Program-made: the position numbers and the translations under genes | Part shown: positions 51,401-59,427 of the stretch, piece by piece | How the letters are laid out: the number at the start of each line of letters is the position of its first letter | Numbering within the stretch: the first letter of the stretch is position 1 | The notes under the pieces: generated by a model | The model's database searches: none | Told to the model about the DNA's origin: nothing | The model's input: the letters and a program-made list of their open reading frames with translations, nothing else | NCBI GenBank assembly: GCA_965649765.1 | Contig: OZ287748.1 | Coordinates: 67,084,001-67,148,000, forward strand | Origin: Bispira polyomma | Taxonomy: Eukaryota | Direction of reading: 5' to 3' | DNA length: 64,000 bases

Positions 51401-54400
51401 TTGATAATATACTGTGTTATGGTAATGAGAACAATGAACATATTAATGGAAATGAGCACATAATGCAAAACAATGTGAACAAAATGTACTCTAGTAATTT
51501 CACAAATGTTTCAAATGAGGGCATGATGACGGAGTACAACTGTATATCAGAGCATTATGACTTATTTTTGTATGACAGTGTGCAATCCAGATGCAGTGGT
51601 AGTAAAATGCAGTACTGCAACAGCGAGTTAGCTGGTTATGTTAATTCCCAATACTATGATGGTAATTTTAAAGAAAGAGAAAGTAAAAATCAGATAGAAG
51701 TAACAGTCACTGTCACCAATTGGCAACATTTTTGTAAAAAATGGTCCGTTTGGGCTCCAATAATATTCTTAAACTGTAGCTGCAATGAAATTGAAGGGTT
51801 TTACTACATATACCATCATAGTGGGGACAATGAAATGAAATACATGCCTGTGTTTAATATACCTCAAGGAGATCTGCAGGTCATACACAGATATGTCACA
51901 GCCATATATTATGATCTCACAGATAGATGCAAAAAATTACTAAGTAAGGTTAATCAGTGTAATGCTGAGGATATTGAACAGGCAGCCAATGTTTTCGACA
52001 ATTTCAGTAAAGATGAAAAGTGTTACAAACAGTATGGCTGCGACTATTCTGAATATATAACGAATATTATTGATATTATGTGTGATGATAACTGGAAAGT
52101 AGATGACAATGCAAGCAGTGCAGACAAATTCAATGTAAATACTGCAGCTGGACACGAAACTCCAAGGAGTGTGCCCTGCGATGAAATATACACATGTCCG
52201 ATTCGCGATTTCTTCTTCAAAACTGATGGGGTCAATGCTGGCACCAGTAAGAACATTAAGGAAAATTGTCATATCGCCCAATCAGGAAAATCAGTGGGAT
52301 TTATTCCATTATCTTCCACAAAATTTCAGTTTATTGGTCCTGATCAGGAGCCAGTAAAAGTTGATTCAGTCGGTAAAATGGAAAAAATTGCTGCTATAGT
52401 TAGAGGCACGAATCTCCCTAATTATAGGCAGGCTAGAATTCCTTTAATTTCGGGATTACACCACACAGCGTGGGAGGAAATGCTTACTGACTATTCGGAT
52501 CAGCTATTAATACAATATATAAAATTCGGGTTTCCTCTATCTCTCACAGAACCAGGGAAACTAAATAATTCAAAAACTGTCAACCATTACTCTGCTTTGC
52601 AATTTACGAAAGAAGTCGGGCAATATCTTGAGAAAGAAAAGTCAATGGGGGCGATGTTAGGCCCAGTTAAGCAAGTGAACTCACCACACTATCACTGCTC
52701 ACCCCTTTTAACCAGACCCAAAGACACAGACAAACGTAGAGTCATTTTAAATCTTTCTTATCCACTGGGGCAGTCACTAAATGAGAATGTAGACAAAGCA
52801 CTGTTCGATGGGGTCAAATTCATATTAAAATTTCCTACTATTGACGACATCACAGAGGCAATTCGGAATACTCATGATCCAGTGCTGTTCAAGATCGACG
52901 TGGCCCGAGCGTTCCGTAACTTGAGAGTTGATCCAGCTGACGCACTGAAACTAGGCATACAATTTGCTGAAGGGCAGTACATTGACTCTGCGGTCGCGTT
53001 CGGGTGGATACACGGAAGCGCGGCTTTTCAGCGTTGTTCCGATGCCATAGCAGCCTATATGTCAGAACGCGGGTTTACAGTATTTTGCTACATCGATGAC
53101 TACATATGTGTATGTACTAGAAATAAGGCTGACAAGGGTTTCCGTATTTTGAAAGATTTATTGCTTAGGCTAGGTTTCCCAATTAACGATGATAAGCTTA
53201 CACCTCCCACAACTCGCCTTACATGCCTAGGCATAGACTTTGATATTACTGCCGGCACTATTAGCATACAGGAAGAAAAACTTATAAGCATAATTAAAAT
53301 GGTAAATGACACCTCTCAAAAATTGCACATTTCACTATTAGCATACAGGAAGAAAAACTTATAAGCATAATTAAAATGGTAAATGACACCTCTCAAAAAT
53401 TGCACATTTCACGTACTCAGTTTCAATCTTTATTAGGAAAATTATTATATGTTCACAAGTGCGTGAAACCTGCCAGAACTTTCATAAATAGATTACTTCA
53501 AGGTTTCAGAAGTGATCACAATGCTAAAAAATTCAAAATTTCTTCTGAAATGCGCCATGACATCGACTGGTTTCAAAAATTCTTACCTCAATATAACGGG
53601 ATATCATACATTAACCATAGGGACATTTCCCATATGGACGAGTTACATCTGGACGCCTGCCTATCAGGTTTAGGAGGTGTCTGGAACAAAGAAGTGTACT
53701 CTACACCATATTATAATGTTTATCAAAGAGAGCTTACCATAGTGCATATAGAGATGCTGAACATTGTCCTGGCTTTAAAAATTTGGGGTGAAAAATGGGC
53801 TCACAGTAGACTAATAATTCACTGTGACAACATGGCCGTCGTACTGGTTGTTGAAAGTCAGAAGACGAAGGACGAATTTCTAGCATTATGCTTAAGGAAC
53901 ATTTGGCTACTTATAGCCACATATGACATTAATATTAGCATTAACCACATTCCAGGCAAGAAAAACATAATAGCAGATGCCCTTTCTAGAATTTATTGCA
54001 AAACTCCTCCCAGCAGGGACATGTTATATAATTTATACAACAATTATGTTTGGAATCCAGTACTCATACAACATTTTGACCTAGATTTTTTAATATAATT
54101 ACAGGTGCTACTGCCATTACTCAGAAACTCATCACTTCAGCATGTGGAAGGATTGACACAGCACTTAGACCAAAGACTTCTTCTGCTTACGAAAATCAAT
54201 TTAAAACTTTCCTGGCTTTTAATGAATTTGCAGGCATTTCAAATACTTCGGTTCATTCAGTACTGGCCTTTTTGGAATATTTGACACAAAATAACATTTC
54301 CCTGCTGCGGTGTCAAACTACCTTTCTGCTCTAAAATTCATGGCTAGAAAGTTCAATTGGGATTTAGCTCCATTAAATCACAATTCTGTTGCATTATTCG

Positions 54401-57400
54401 TCAGAAGTATTACAATTAATTCACTATTTCGTCCCAGACACAAGGGATTGTTTGATATTGCACAGCTAGCACAGATTTCCATAGCATGTTCTATTCTAGA
54501 TGACCCAATATTATACAGATCCATATTTATGGTGGCCTATTTTGCTTTTTTGAGATTATCCAATATTGACCCTCACTCAAGGGCCACATTTGATAGATCT
54601 AGGCATTTTCTCAGACAGGACTTAATTTTTGGACATCCTGGGGCTCACATCATCCTAAAATGGGCAAAAAATTTGCAAAATAGGACAGATACACATATAA
54701 TACAAATTCCAAAACTACAAAATAAGACTATTTGTCCAGTATTGGCATTACAAACCTTACTAGCTTCCAGGCCCCTTCCTCCTGCTGCACCACTTTTTGC
54801 AGTAGCTAGTACACCACATCACACCATAGTACAAACACATGTAAGGACAGCTCTGGAAAAAGTCTTGACACACATTGGAATACAATATTCTTCACATGGA
54901 TTCCATACTTTCAGACGTTCTGGAGCTTCATTTGCATTTAATCATAATGTATCCCTACAGAATATAATGGCCCACGGGCTTTGGAGATCATCTTCAGTTT
55001 GGGCTTACCTCCAAAAAACCTCCCAGGCAGCATCAGTCGTGCCTCATACCTTTGCCTCTTCCATTCCTTCTTCTCTCTAGTTGGGCTTGGGGCTTAAAAT
55101 TTTCTGAATTTTAACCATTTTTACACTTGTTTCTCTGTACATATACCATTAACATGTATATATAAAATAAAGCTCAAACTGAACCGTTTTATTTACTTAC
55201 ACAAACATCACACTTGACTTAAAATCCATTACTTAACATCTTGAACCCAACTTACACCTTATAACTTAAGTGGACTGTACACAGCAGGACCCTTTAGGGG
55301 CCTGATACTTCAGTCCACTTACAAACCTTTTAACTTTCATCACAACCTTAATTTCGGTTATACCAACAATATATGTAGCTATTTACTGGGCTACTAGCCA
55401 ATCACAGCCCACACACTTGTTGTTTAGGCTTCACTTTCCAAATCACCATTTTGAATCTACATTCAAGCTATAGAATTCAAAGCAACAACAAGTGAAAAAT
55501 ATTTTATGACCCACCTCCTCCCCTATGACCACAGCCTAGTGCTTGACGAATAATCAGCGACTTAAGCTTTATGTTTCTTTAATATCATGTCACGACAAAG
55601 TGAATAGTCCACGTGGAAATACCGGCAAGTCACTACTATATTGGAATTGTAATCCGGTCGTTTCCAACAGGGAACTCGGCAACAGACCGGACGGCGAAGG
55701 TTCGAGCCGGTGGCCATGTGAAGGGGGGTTCCTGTCTCTTATGCCTCCACTGGGTCATATAATGCATCGCCAGGAGGGGGTATGACGGGCAGGATTTCCC
55801 CTTTGCTAGGCGGTTGGTGCCCTAGGCCATCGGTTCTAACGTTAGCCTGAAGCGCATGCCAATGGATGAAATTGAGGAAATTACTTGTGGTATCTTAGTA
55901 AATAATGCTAAATACAGGCATATAAACTGAGAGTTGTTGTAAATATTAAGCAATAATGAGAGAGTTTCTAACAATTAGCTATGTTGAACTTTAGTAATGA
56001 TATAAATGTGGTATATGGACTGTTTATGGCCATTGATGATGTAATTTATGTGTCGATTTATGCAAGATTTATTGTTTTATGTGTAACTTTTAGTATCTAC
56101 ATATTTCACTATATAGCTTGAAAGGTAACAAGAATGATACCAGTTTTAAGTTGTACTCTTACGTATATTGTATAATTATTTAATGGCTAGTCCGCATATT
56201 TTTATGTATTTATTATTGGCTAGTCCTTTACGACTTAAATCTCTGTTAGTCTTTAGTCCTCCTTGATTGGGGCTTAAAATTTTCTGAATTTTAACCATTT
56301 TTACACTTGTTTCTCTGTACATATACCATTAACATGTACATATAAAATAAAGCTCAAACTGAACCGTTTAATTTACTTACACAAACATCACACTTGACTT
56401 AAAATCCATTACTTAACATCTTGAACCCAACTTACACCTTATAACTTAAGTGGACTGTGACATATATCACCAATATCAACACAGCTTTTACATATCCATT
56501 ATGAAAGATCAGAATAAAGTGGGTACATAAACAATAGAAAGCTGACATAGAATCACATATTTAAATCCCAAGTGCTCACTTCTTACTACAATCATAGTAA
56601 AGGTCATTAGGAAATGGCACTAAGTGGTTAAATAGTATTTTGCAAACGGTATATGGTAAAGTGGTTAATTTTTAGTTTGAAGTTCATGTGTCCTGTTATA
56701 GTTCAACCATTGTGTTTTTATTGATTTTTAAAAGCCAGTCAAAGCAAACGCCTTAGGTAGGATTACTTGTGTAACTTGATTTATTTTGTGTGTGTTTTCA
56801 TTTGATTCTTGTTATCACTATATATCTGTGTCAAGCAGAGTATAAATAGCTCATACTAAAAAATGTAATTACTATTTTATATTGATCTATTGCTTGAGGT
56901 GGCACTTTATTTAATGACAAATGTACTAATTGTAGAAGGTTTTATTTACCGTCAAACAAATGGGTTGTCAACATAGACGTTTAGCAAGCCGTTGATGGAT
57001 TGAATGACTTATTTTTTTAGTTTACTTGTGAACCCTATCAGTGGTGTAGAAGCTATATCTAATGCCCTGTTCCTATGCATCGGACTGCATTCGGCCATAG
57101 TTATTTCCTCTGCTCTTTATATATTTTTTGTATTGTCACAAACATAACTGTATGCAATGTACCAACATAAATATATATACGAAATTGAGTTTAATATACA
57201 TCGTCCTGATAAGGCAAAATATATACATTTAATGTGCAGTATAATAAAAAATATCAAGATCTGAAAAAGGAACAACATATTTTAGACTACACTTGTTGAC
57301 AAGAAGCGGCTATTCCTTTCAAGTACCATTTGTTGAGTATTTCTAATAGAATTATAGTAATGACTTAAAGGGATATTTAACTATGATGTTATATTCAATT

Positions 57401-57935
57401 AAGCATTCTGAATATAAATTTAAAACATGTGCAGACCGAGGAATCAAAAACAGGGGTGCAGACGGTAAAATTTAGAGCAATCAGCCAATGAGGGTCAAGC
57501 CCAGCTGTTTATGGTATTTATTTTATCTGGTCTACAAATCCAACCATTCTACTCAGATACTCAGGGTCTGAAACTTAAACTCATTGTTGAACTTAAACAT
57601 CTCCACATTATAATTATGGAAATAATCATTAATTTTATATAGAGCTATTAATGAGGCAGTCAAACGTGTAGTCAGATTTTAAATATCCTTGTTCTACATA
57701 GAGATATTGCAGGATAAAGATGGAATTATATGACCCCCCCCCCCCCATCTCTCACTGATGTATTTACCTGTAAGGGTTCTGGTTACACATAGTGACAGTG
57801 GGGAATGGCACTCTGTCCAGGTATCCCACCTCCACTTCTATGTTGGAGGGGTACTTGTAGAAATGGACCAGTCTGTTAGCAATGGCATAAGTAAATATGA
57901 TGATTACTGATACCACCACAATGATCCAGGCAATT
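2683..57935 (-). CDS. Giant multi-domain DEG/ENaC (ASIC-like) channel subunit; 24 exons in window, partial at both ends
   Basis: Exons 5'->3': 57768-57935, 48411-48484, 47829-48131, 47237-47374, 45976-46353, 45175-45456, 44559-44672, 43700-43813, 42953-43375, 41968-42126, 41078-41186, 38630-38735, 38032-38197, 36370-36726, 34649-34744, 33711-34064, 32648-32869, 32162-32222, 31259-31386, 30202-30284, 29596-29694, 28552-28702, 26067-28260, 2683-2774. All are GT-AG with matching phases and no stops. DEG/ENaC motifs occur in the expected order: TM1 + FPTVTMCNQN, CSWDG..C, TDMGYCVSFN, GSEYGLRLTLN, VSPG, a 10-Cys thumb, ENVMQVDVYF. Confidence 0.88.
5177..7510 (+). mobile_element. Ty1/copia LTR retrotransposon, degenerate and 3'-truncated
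   Basis: 5' LTR TGTTG..CAACA (5177-5407) followed by a copia-type PBS GGTTATGG; gag (WEVKF.., UBN2-like, CYSCGRPSHIQSSC knuckle); protease LVDCGATAH; RT remnants (EQPKGF, LKKSLYGLKQSGRNW, VWVDD); stops and frameshifts; no 3' LTR. Confidence 0.92.
6747..7006 (-). mobile_element. tRNA-derived SINE, full length
   Basis: Minus strand begins GGGGCCGTGGTGGCCTAGTGG (A box), has GTTTGAATCC (B box) and an AT-rich tail; close copy at 39845-40050. Confidence 0.88.
7512..8240 (-). mobile_element. L2/CR1-group LINE, 3' fragment
   Basis: ORF2 C-terminus (SRLDYGNSL..LQNIQ..HITPVLKSLHWLPI); 3' end AAGCGCTATAAAA followed by an (ATTAG)n tail. Confidence 0.88.
8510..8946. mobile_element. TA-flanked MITE (Tc1/mariner-pogo type)
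   Basis: 23-bp TIR CATCWGTGGWCGTTACTTCGGCC (2 mismatches), TA on both sides. Confidence 0.85.
9726..10371 (+). repeat. 646-bp near-identical copy of 12562-13207
   Basis: Direct repeat at offset 2836; only about 2 differences seen. Confidence 0.95.
13930..19525 (-). mobile_element. Ngaro/DIRS-type YR retrotransposon (element 1), decayed, 3' repeats lost; boundaries approximate
   Basis: gag with Cys/His finger (17865-19150); RT (HCSPLLTRPK..RRLILNLS, KVDIKNAFRNI); RNase H (YVDAC..HFEM..SDN..ADTLSR); YR (HCFRRSGAS..HGCWKSDAVWAYL); multiple frameshifts. Confidence 0.92.
23390..23750 (-). mobile_element. Penelope-like element fragment (GIY-YIG endonuclease remnant plus terminal region)
   Basis: NLIYCITCKTCKSQYVNQPKRRLMNRFQGH, with a hammerhead motif downstream. 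Confidence 0.8.
23391..23445 (-). ncRNA. Minimal type I hammerhead ribozyme, probably degenerate
   Basis: ACGT-CUGAUGA-GCUUCUUCGGC-GAAAC..GAAACUGUGUUCAGUC-AUG; 13-nt tandem duplication in the GAAA/stem III segment. Confidence 0.65.
26067..28260 (-). CDS. DEG/ENaC exon: end of thumb, beta10, and a ~680-aa knuckle insertion
   Basis: 2194-nt exon, phase 1-2: ELCSLEDYLQC..SCDCPDACNQTSYDVQLSHSALS, then a long open helical/low-complexity region ending GPSFIR. Confidence 0.9.
26975..27205 (-). repeat. Coding 21-nt tandem repeat, about 11 units, (GDxE[S/T]NS)n
   Basis: Repeated tcacc(c/t)gaatttg(a/t)ctcc on the + strand; translates GDEESNS/GDGETNS. Confidence 0.95.
28552..32222 (-). CDS. DEG/ENaC core ectodomain exons (32162-32222, 31259-31386, 30202-30284, 29596-29694, 28552-28702)
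   Basis: DVDLEHFIKNISHVKENFLLS|CSWDGLPC..TDMGYCVSFN..RPG|SEYGLRLTLNIE..DSGIK|IHFA..P..GYAVSPGTHALFSL|..YGTC..YTTSHCVTEC..QCDCLVPYMP. Confidence 0.93.
30437..30499. repeat. (TA)n microsatellite
   Basis: Interrupted TA run. Confidence 0.95.
30717..30840. repeat. Short palindromic MITE-like repeat
   Basis: ~36-bp imperfect inverted arms, aggaat..tttatgcgcat / atgcgcataaa..attcct. Confidence 0.6.
32648..32869 (-). CDS. S/T/P-rich linker exon closing the finger cassette
   Basis: DLRETEEPPDVSPTVGHTITSSPVSTVEPTG..LLLASQ; phase 1-1. Confidence 0.75.
33711..34744 (-). CDS. MAM domain 4 (exons 34649-34744 and 33711-34064)
   Basis: NCNFEDINQCGY..W then LVSP..GCIKL..RFGITA..VISEIELTQSEC; phase 1-1. 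Confidence 0.8.
34330..34517 (-). mobile_element. Older related tRNA-derived SINE
   Basis: Minus strand GGGAGCAGCCGTAGTGGCCTAGTG (A box), TTTGAATCC, and 3' end ctgttgaaagcgacataaacccc; similar relics at ~37150-37380 (+), ~46650-46800 (+) and ~29185-29330. Confidence 0.7.
36370..36726 (-). CDS. MAM C-terminal-half exon (MAM domain 3)
   Basis: SRLITP..HCFSFEY..WRKAYI..LVIHG..VVLDNVLL..RC; phase 1-1. Confidence 0.88.
37400..37810. repeat. Degenerate intronic tandem repeat
   Basis: Recurring ttagatctggtt..tacaggcaaata..agtgaccatc units. Confidence 0.6.
38032..41186 (-). CDS. CUB domain (exons 41078-41186, 38630-38735, 38032-38197)
   Basis: GNIHTSGYPYQYSN | RNSAWLI..GERIKLTFLDFAVE..CGYDSL | HCG..P..S.GNTLIIRFSSD..KG..Y; phases 1-2, 2-0, 0-1. 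Confidence 0.92.
39845..40050 (-). mobile_element. SINE, 5'-truncated copy of the 6747-7006 family
   Basis: Close match to ~6765-6965. Confidence 0.88.
41480..41955. repeat. Degenerate ~90-bp intronic tandem repeat
   Basis: Recurring tgtcata..cacacca..cactgt..tgtatctgtgaagttaaattaaa units. Confidence 0.65.
41968..42126 (-). CDS. Cys-less MAM N-terminal-half-like exon
   Basis: VFPTEASVSTDFNLGEHPYVQLADSIYMQWIF..; clean splice sites, phase 1-1; F..Y.Q..W spacing resembles the other MAM N-halves. Confidence 0.6.
42953..43813 (-). CDS. MAM domain 2, divergent (exons 43700-43813 and 42953-43375)
   Basis: SCGFDDKYICGY..W then ..RLVIAA..IHEIQLSEENC; phase 1-1. Confidence 0.75.
44559..44672 (-). 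CDS. LDL-receptor class A domain exon
   Basis: [37 protein letters not shown]; phase 1-1. Confidence 0.95.
45175..45456 (-). CDS. Kringle domain exon
   Basis: ECI..GLEYIG..SGRQCLPW..ENHCR..PSCFT..EPCDIDRC with 6 Cys; phase 1-1. Confidence 0.92.
45976..47374 (-). CDS. MAM domain 1 (exons 47237-47374 and 45976-46353)
   Basis: YCTFEDD..CRF..W in the first exon; GHYLLF..CIFLF..W..HKVILEA..LDDIEITHC in the second; both phase 1-1. Confidence 0.85.
47829..48131 (-). CDS. PAN/apple domain exon
   Basis: CQRLC-x8-CSGFLY-x6-CTL pattern; phase 1-1. Confidence 0.85.
48411..48484 (-). CDS. DEG/ENaC exon: start of finger domain, linking the TM1 exon to the inserted cassette
   Basis: (R)LAALQRYGVYDITTYIYDSQKHHT; polypyrimidine + tag acceptor, gtaagg donor; phase 2-1 bridges NQNPYR to the PAN exon. 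Confidence 0.8.
48743..49320. mobile_element. PIF/Harbinger-type MITE
   Basis: TIR TAGCCCAGTCAMACCTACA (19 bp, 1 mismatch) with a TTA TSD on both sides. Confidence 0.85.
49897..51282 (+). CDS. Ngaro Gag-like protein
   Basis: Open ORF from MGRTKK; C-terminal CKLYN..C.H..H..HICWHC..HP..C finger; homologous to the element 1 gag. Confidence 0.88.
   Translation: MGRTKKTPTHSSVKKSTKKPLTARKTKERQVVDSLVLDLDGQLSQVAGPSSTDNSFQQINSDASPMMATRGPLLRPGSDTTSSQNSDQMLAILMRLEASNTDLAGRLQKVEQQASTNASMLPTPSLLGTGHTPAIGQMGTTASLNVQGTSAYNQPATGHHGQIAAGSLPQTGYPPQQPAQGNAAFALHTQSGNIASAYMQNARPDIPVATHTGYAGHDYQREGIVPNLGALRTLPHVQAEVTRQLAQYSALAQRDITQGKASLKHKSGRFNNTDVTSMDPRLRWPNEGWVGGSSKKKPTFNELTLPQWAAGQLANALLVPNPAEMKDMVRQIVSALRDASSLPWHVVRTAWALSMHEVEEGRLSWQNDTQWSLNRLSASQVAMVNSANVGISNSNSSNDSKLICKLYNNDKCTHKSDHDKYKHICWHCSRTLGKDSNHPEFKCYRSNSKQLDTQVNQGKQS
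51463..54098 (+). pseudogene. Ngaro RT-RNase H ORF, frameshifted by a 77-bp tandem duplication
   Basis: KIDVARAFRNL, FGWIHGS and YIDD RT motifs; RNase H D-E-D-D residues; duplication 53256-53412 splits the ORF into 51463-53364 and 53376-54098. Confidence 0.9.
54105..55080 (+). pseudogene. Ngaro tyrosine recombinase with a 1-nt frameshift near 54300
   Basis: Catalytic set FLRLSN..K..HTFRRSG..HGLW..VWAYL; the N-terminal part (ALRPKTSSAY..F) is in another frame upstream of 54300. Confidence 0.9.
57768..57935 (-). CDS. DEG/ENaC exon: TM1 and post-M1 FPxxTxCN motif
   Basis: IAWIIVVVSVIIIFTYAIANRLVHFYKYPSNIEVEVGYLDRVPFPTVTMCNQNPYR; tttcag acceptor, gtaaat donor, phase 2-2. Confidence 0.95.
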
Positions 57936-58560
57936 CTGAAAGAAAACAAATAAATAATAGAGTAAAACATGACATTGCTAACTAGTTAAATTTGTAGGAG
58001 TTTTGGAGTTATGTAAAAGGGGCATATTTCACATAAATATATATGCAAATGCTCAATTCCCAAAAAATTAAAAGTACCGCACGATGTGGTGTGTGTTTGT
58101 AGTTTGTTAAACACCTCTCCTACTAAAAAGGCGAAGTTACCCAGAGTCAGAACTCTTGGTTGACTCTGGAAAGTCCAAAATCGGATGACTTGGCAGTAGT
58201 TCTGGAGTCACTTATGAGCTAGGCATGAGCTCCAAAAAGTTGCCAAGACTTTACCCTGAGGAGCAAGTAGGTATGCATAGAGTATACCAGGAGTGGCCCT
58301 GAGTAAAGCCCAGTGTAGTAGGAGTTGTCTATAGCTCTCACAGAGTTTCTTGGAGTTAACAGGACATTGTCAGGGGTGTGTAATTGTAGGTACTATGAGT
58401 AGCTCCTGAGAGCTCAGGTTTAAGTCTAGACAAGCTCCTGGCAAACTAGTGAAGTTTAACCTTGGGTACTCTGGGTGAACTCCTAATATGCTCGTGACAG
58501 CTCGGGGAAGGATCTGCCTGACTTACAAATAGTTGTGTACAACTATTGACATACTCTTAA

Positions 58561-59427
58561 GGGTTTAGTAACGTAAACACACAAATACGTCGCCGGTAAA
58601 TCCTACTACATTTGCGCAAGTTTTTTTTTCACCTGTATACACACTATGGAAGCCTTAAGATGATTTTTAGTAAGGTTTTCACTTATTTTTATGTGTCTAA
58701 ACAATGTAAAATAGTAATACTTCGCTATAAAACTATTAAAACACCCATGTAACGATTCTTGTATTGTGACGTCACACAATTTGAACTCTATGGTGGAACG
58801 TCATATTTGTAAACAATTCTCTCAGAGAGCTCCTTCTATTGTGACACAATACGAGTATTGATCCAGCATATATAAAGATATTATATAGGCTACACAACTT
58901 TAAAAAACGTGTATGTTGCTTTGAATGAATTACATTTTTAAATATGTCTCCTTATGTTATATAAACGAAGAATACAAACTATCTTTCTATTTAGAAGAGT
59001 GTGAAAAAAAAAATTATCCCCGTTTTTGTGCTTTTATCAAAAAACTAATTCATTCAAAATATTGCTGATGATTTCCTCTTTCTAGTCATGTACAATACTT
59101 CAGTATTGATCACTCCTTGGTATATGAATTGTGTCACGTTTGTGAAGCATATATTTAGAAAATATTACCCATTATAGTTACAATTTTACACACTGCTATA
59201 TGTATTGTATGTCTCAAGATACATATTAAAATGATACATTAAATATATGAATTAGTATATAATTGAAATGTATGTCATTCTTTATCATTTCTACTCATGA
59301 AAATGTAAATATGTTATCCATAAATGAGTTTAAGGCCACAAAGAAAAAGTTGTGCAGTTTATTAGAAGCTCCAGCACACGTAACGTGATTATCCCGGATC
59401 GTTTTTTGTGTTTACGTTACTAAAGCC
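58561..59427. mobile_element. TTAA-flanked non-autonomous DNA transposon (Kolobok-like GG..CC ends)
   Basis: 21-bp TIR GGSTTTAGTAACGTAAACACA and TTAA TSD. Confidence 0.85.

Larger units (their letters stand above)
49579..56458 (+). mobile_element. Ngaro-type YR retrotransposon (element 2), structurally complete, with split direct repeats
   Basis: A1 49579-49810 matches A2 55278-55509; B1 55087-55278 matches B2 56267-56458 with 2 mismatches; order A1-gag-RT/RH-YR-B1-A2-spacer-B2; no TSD. Confidence 0.95.
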
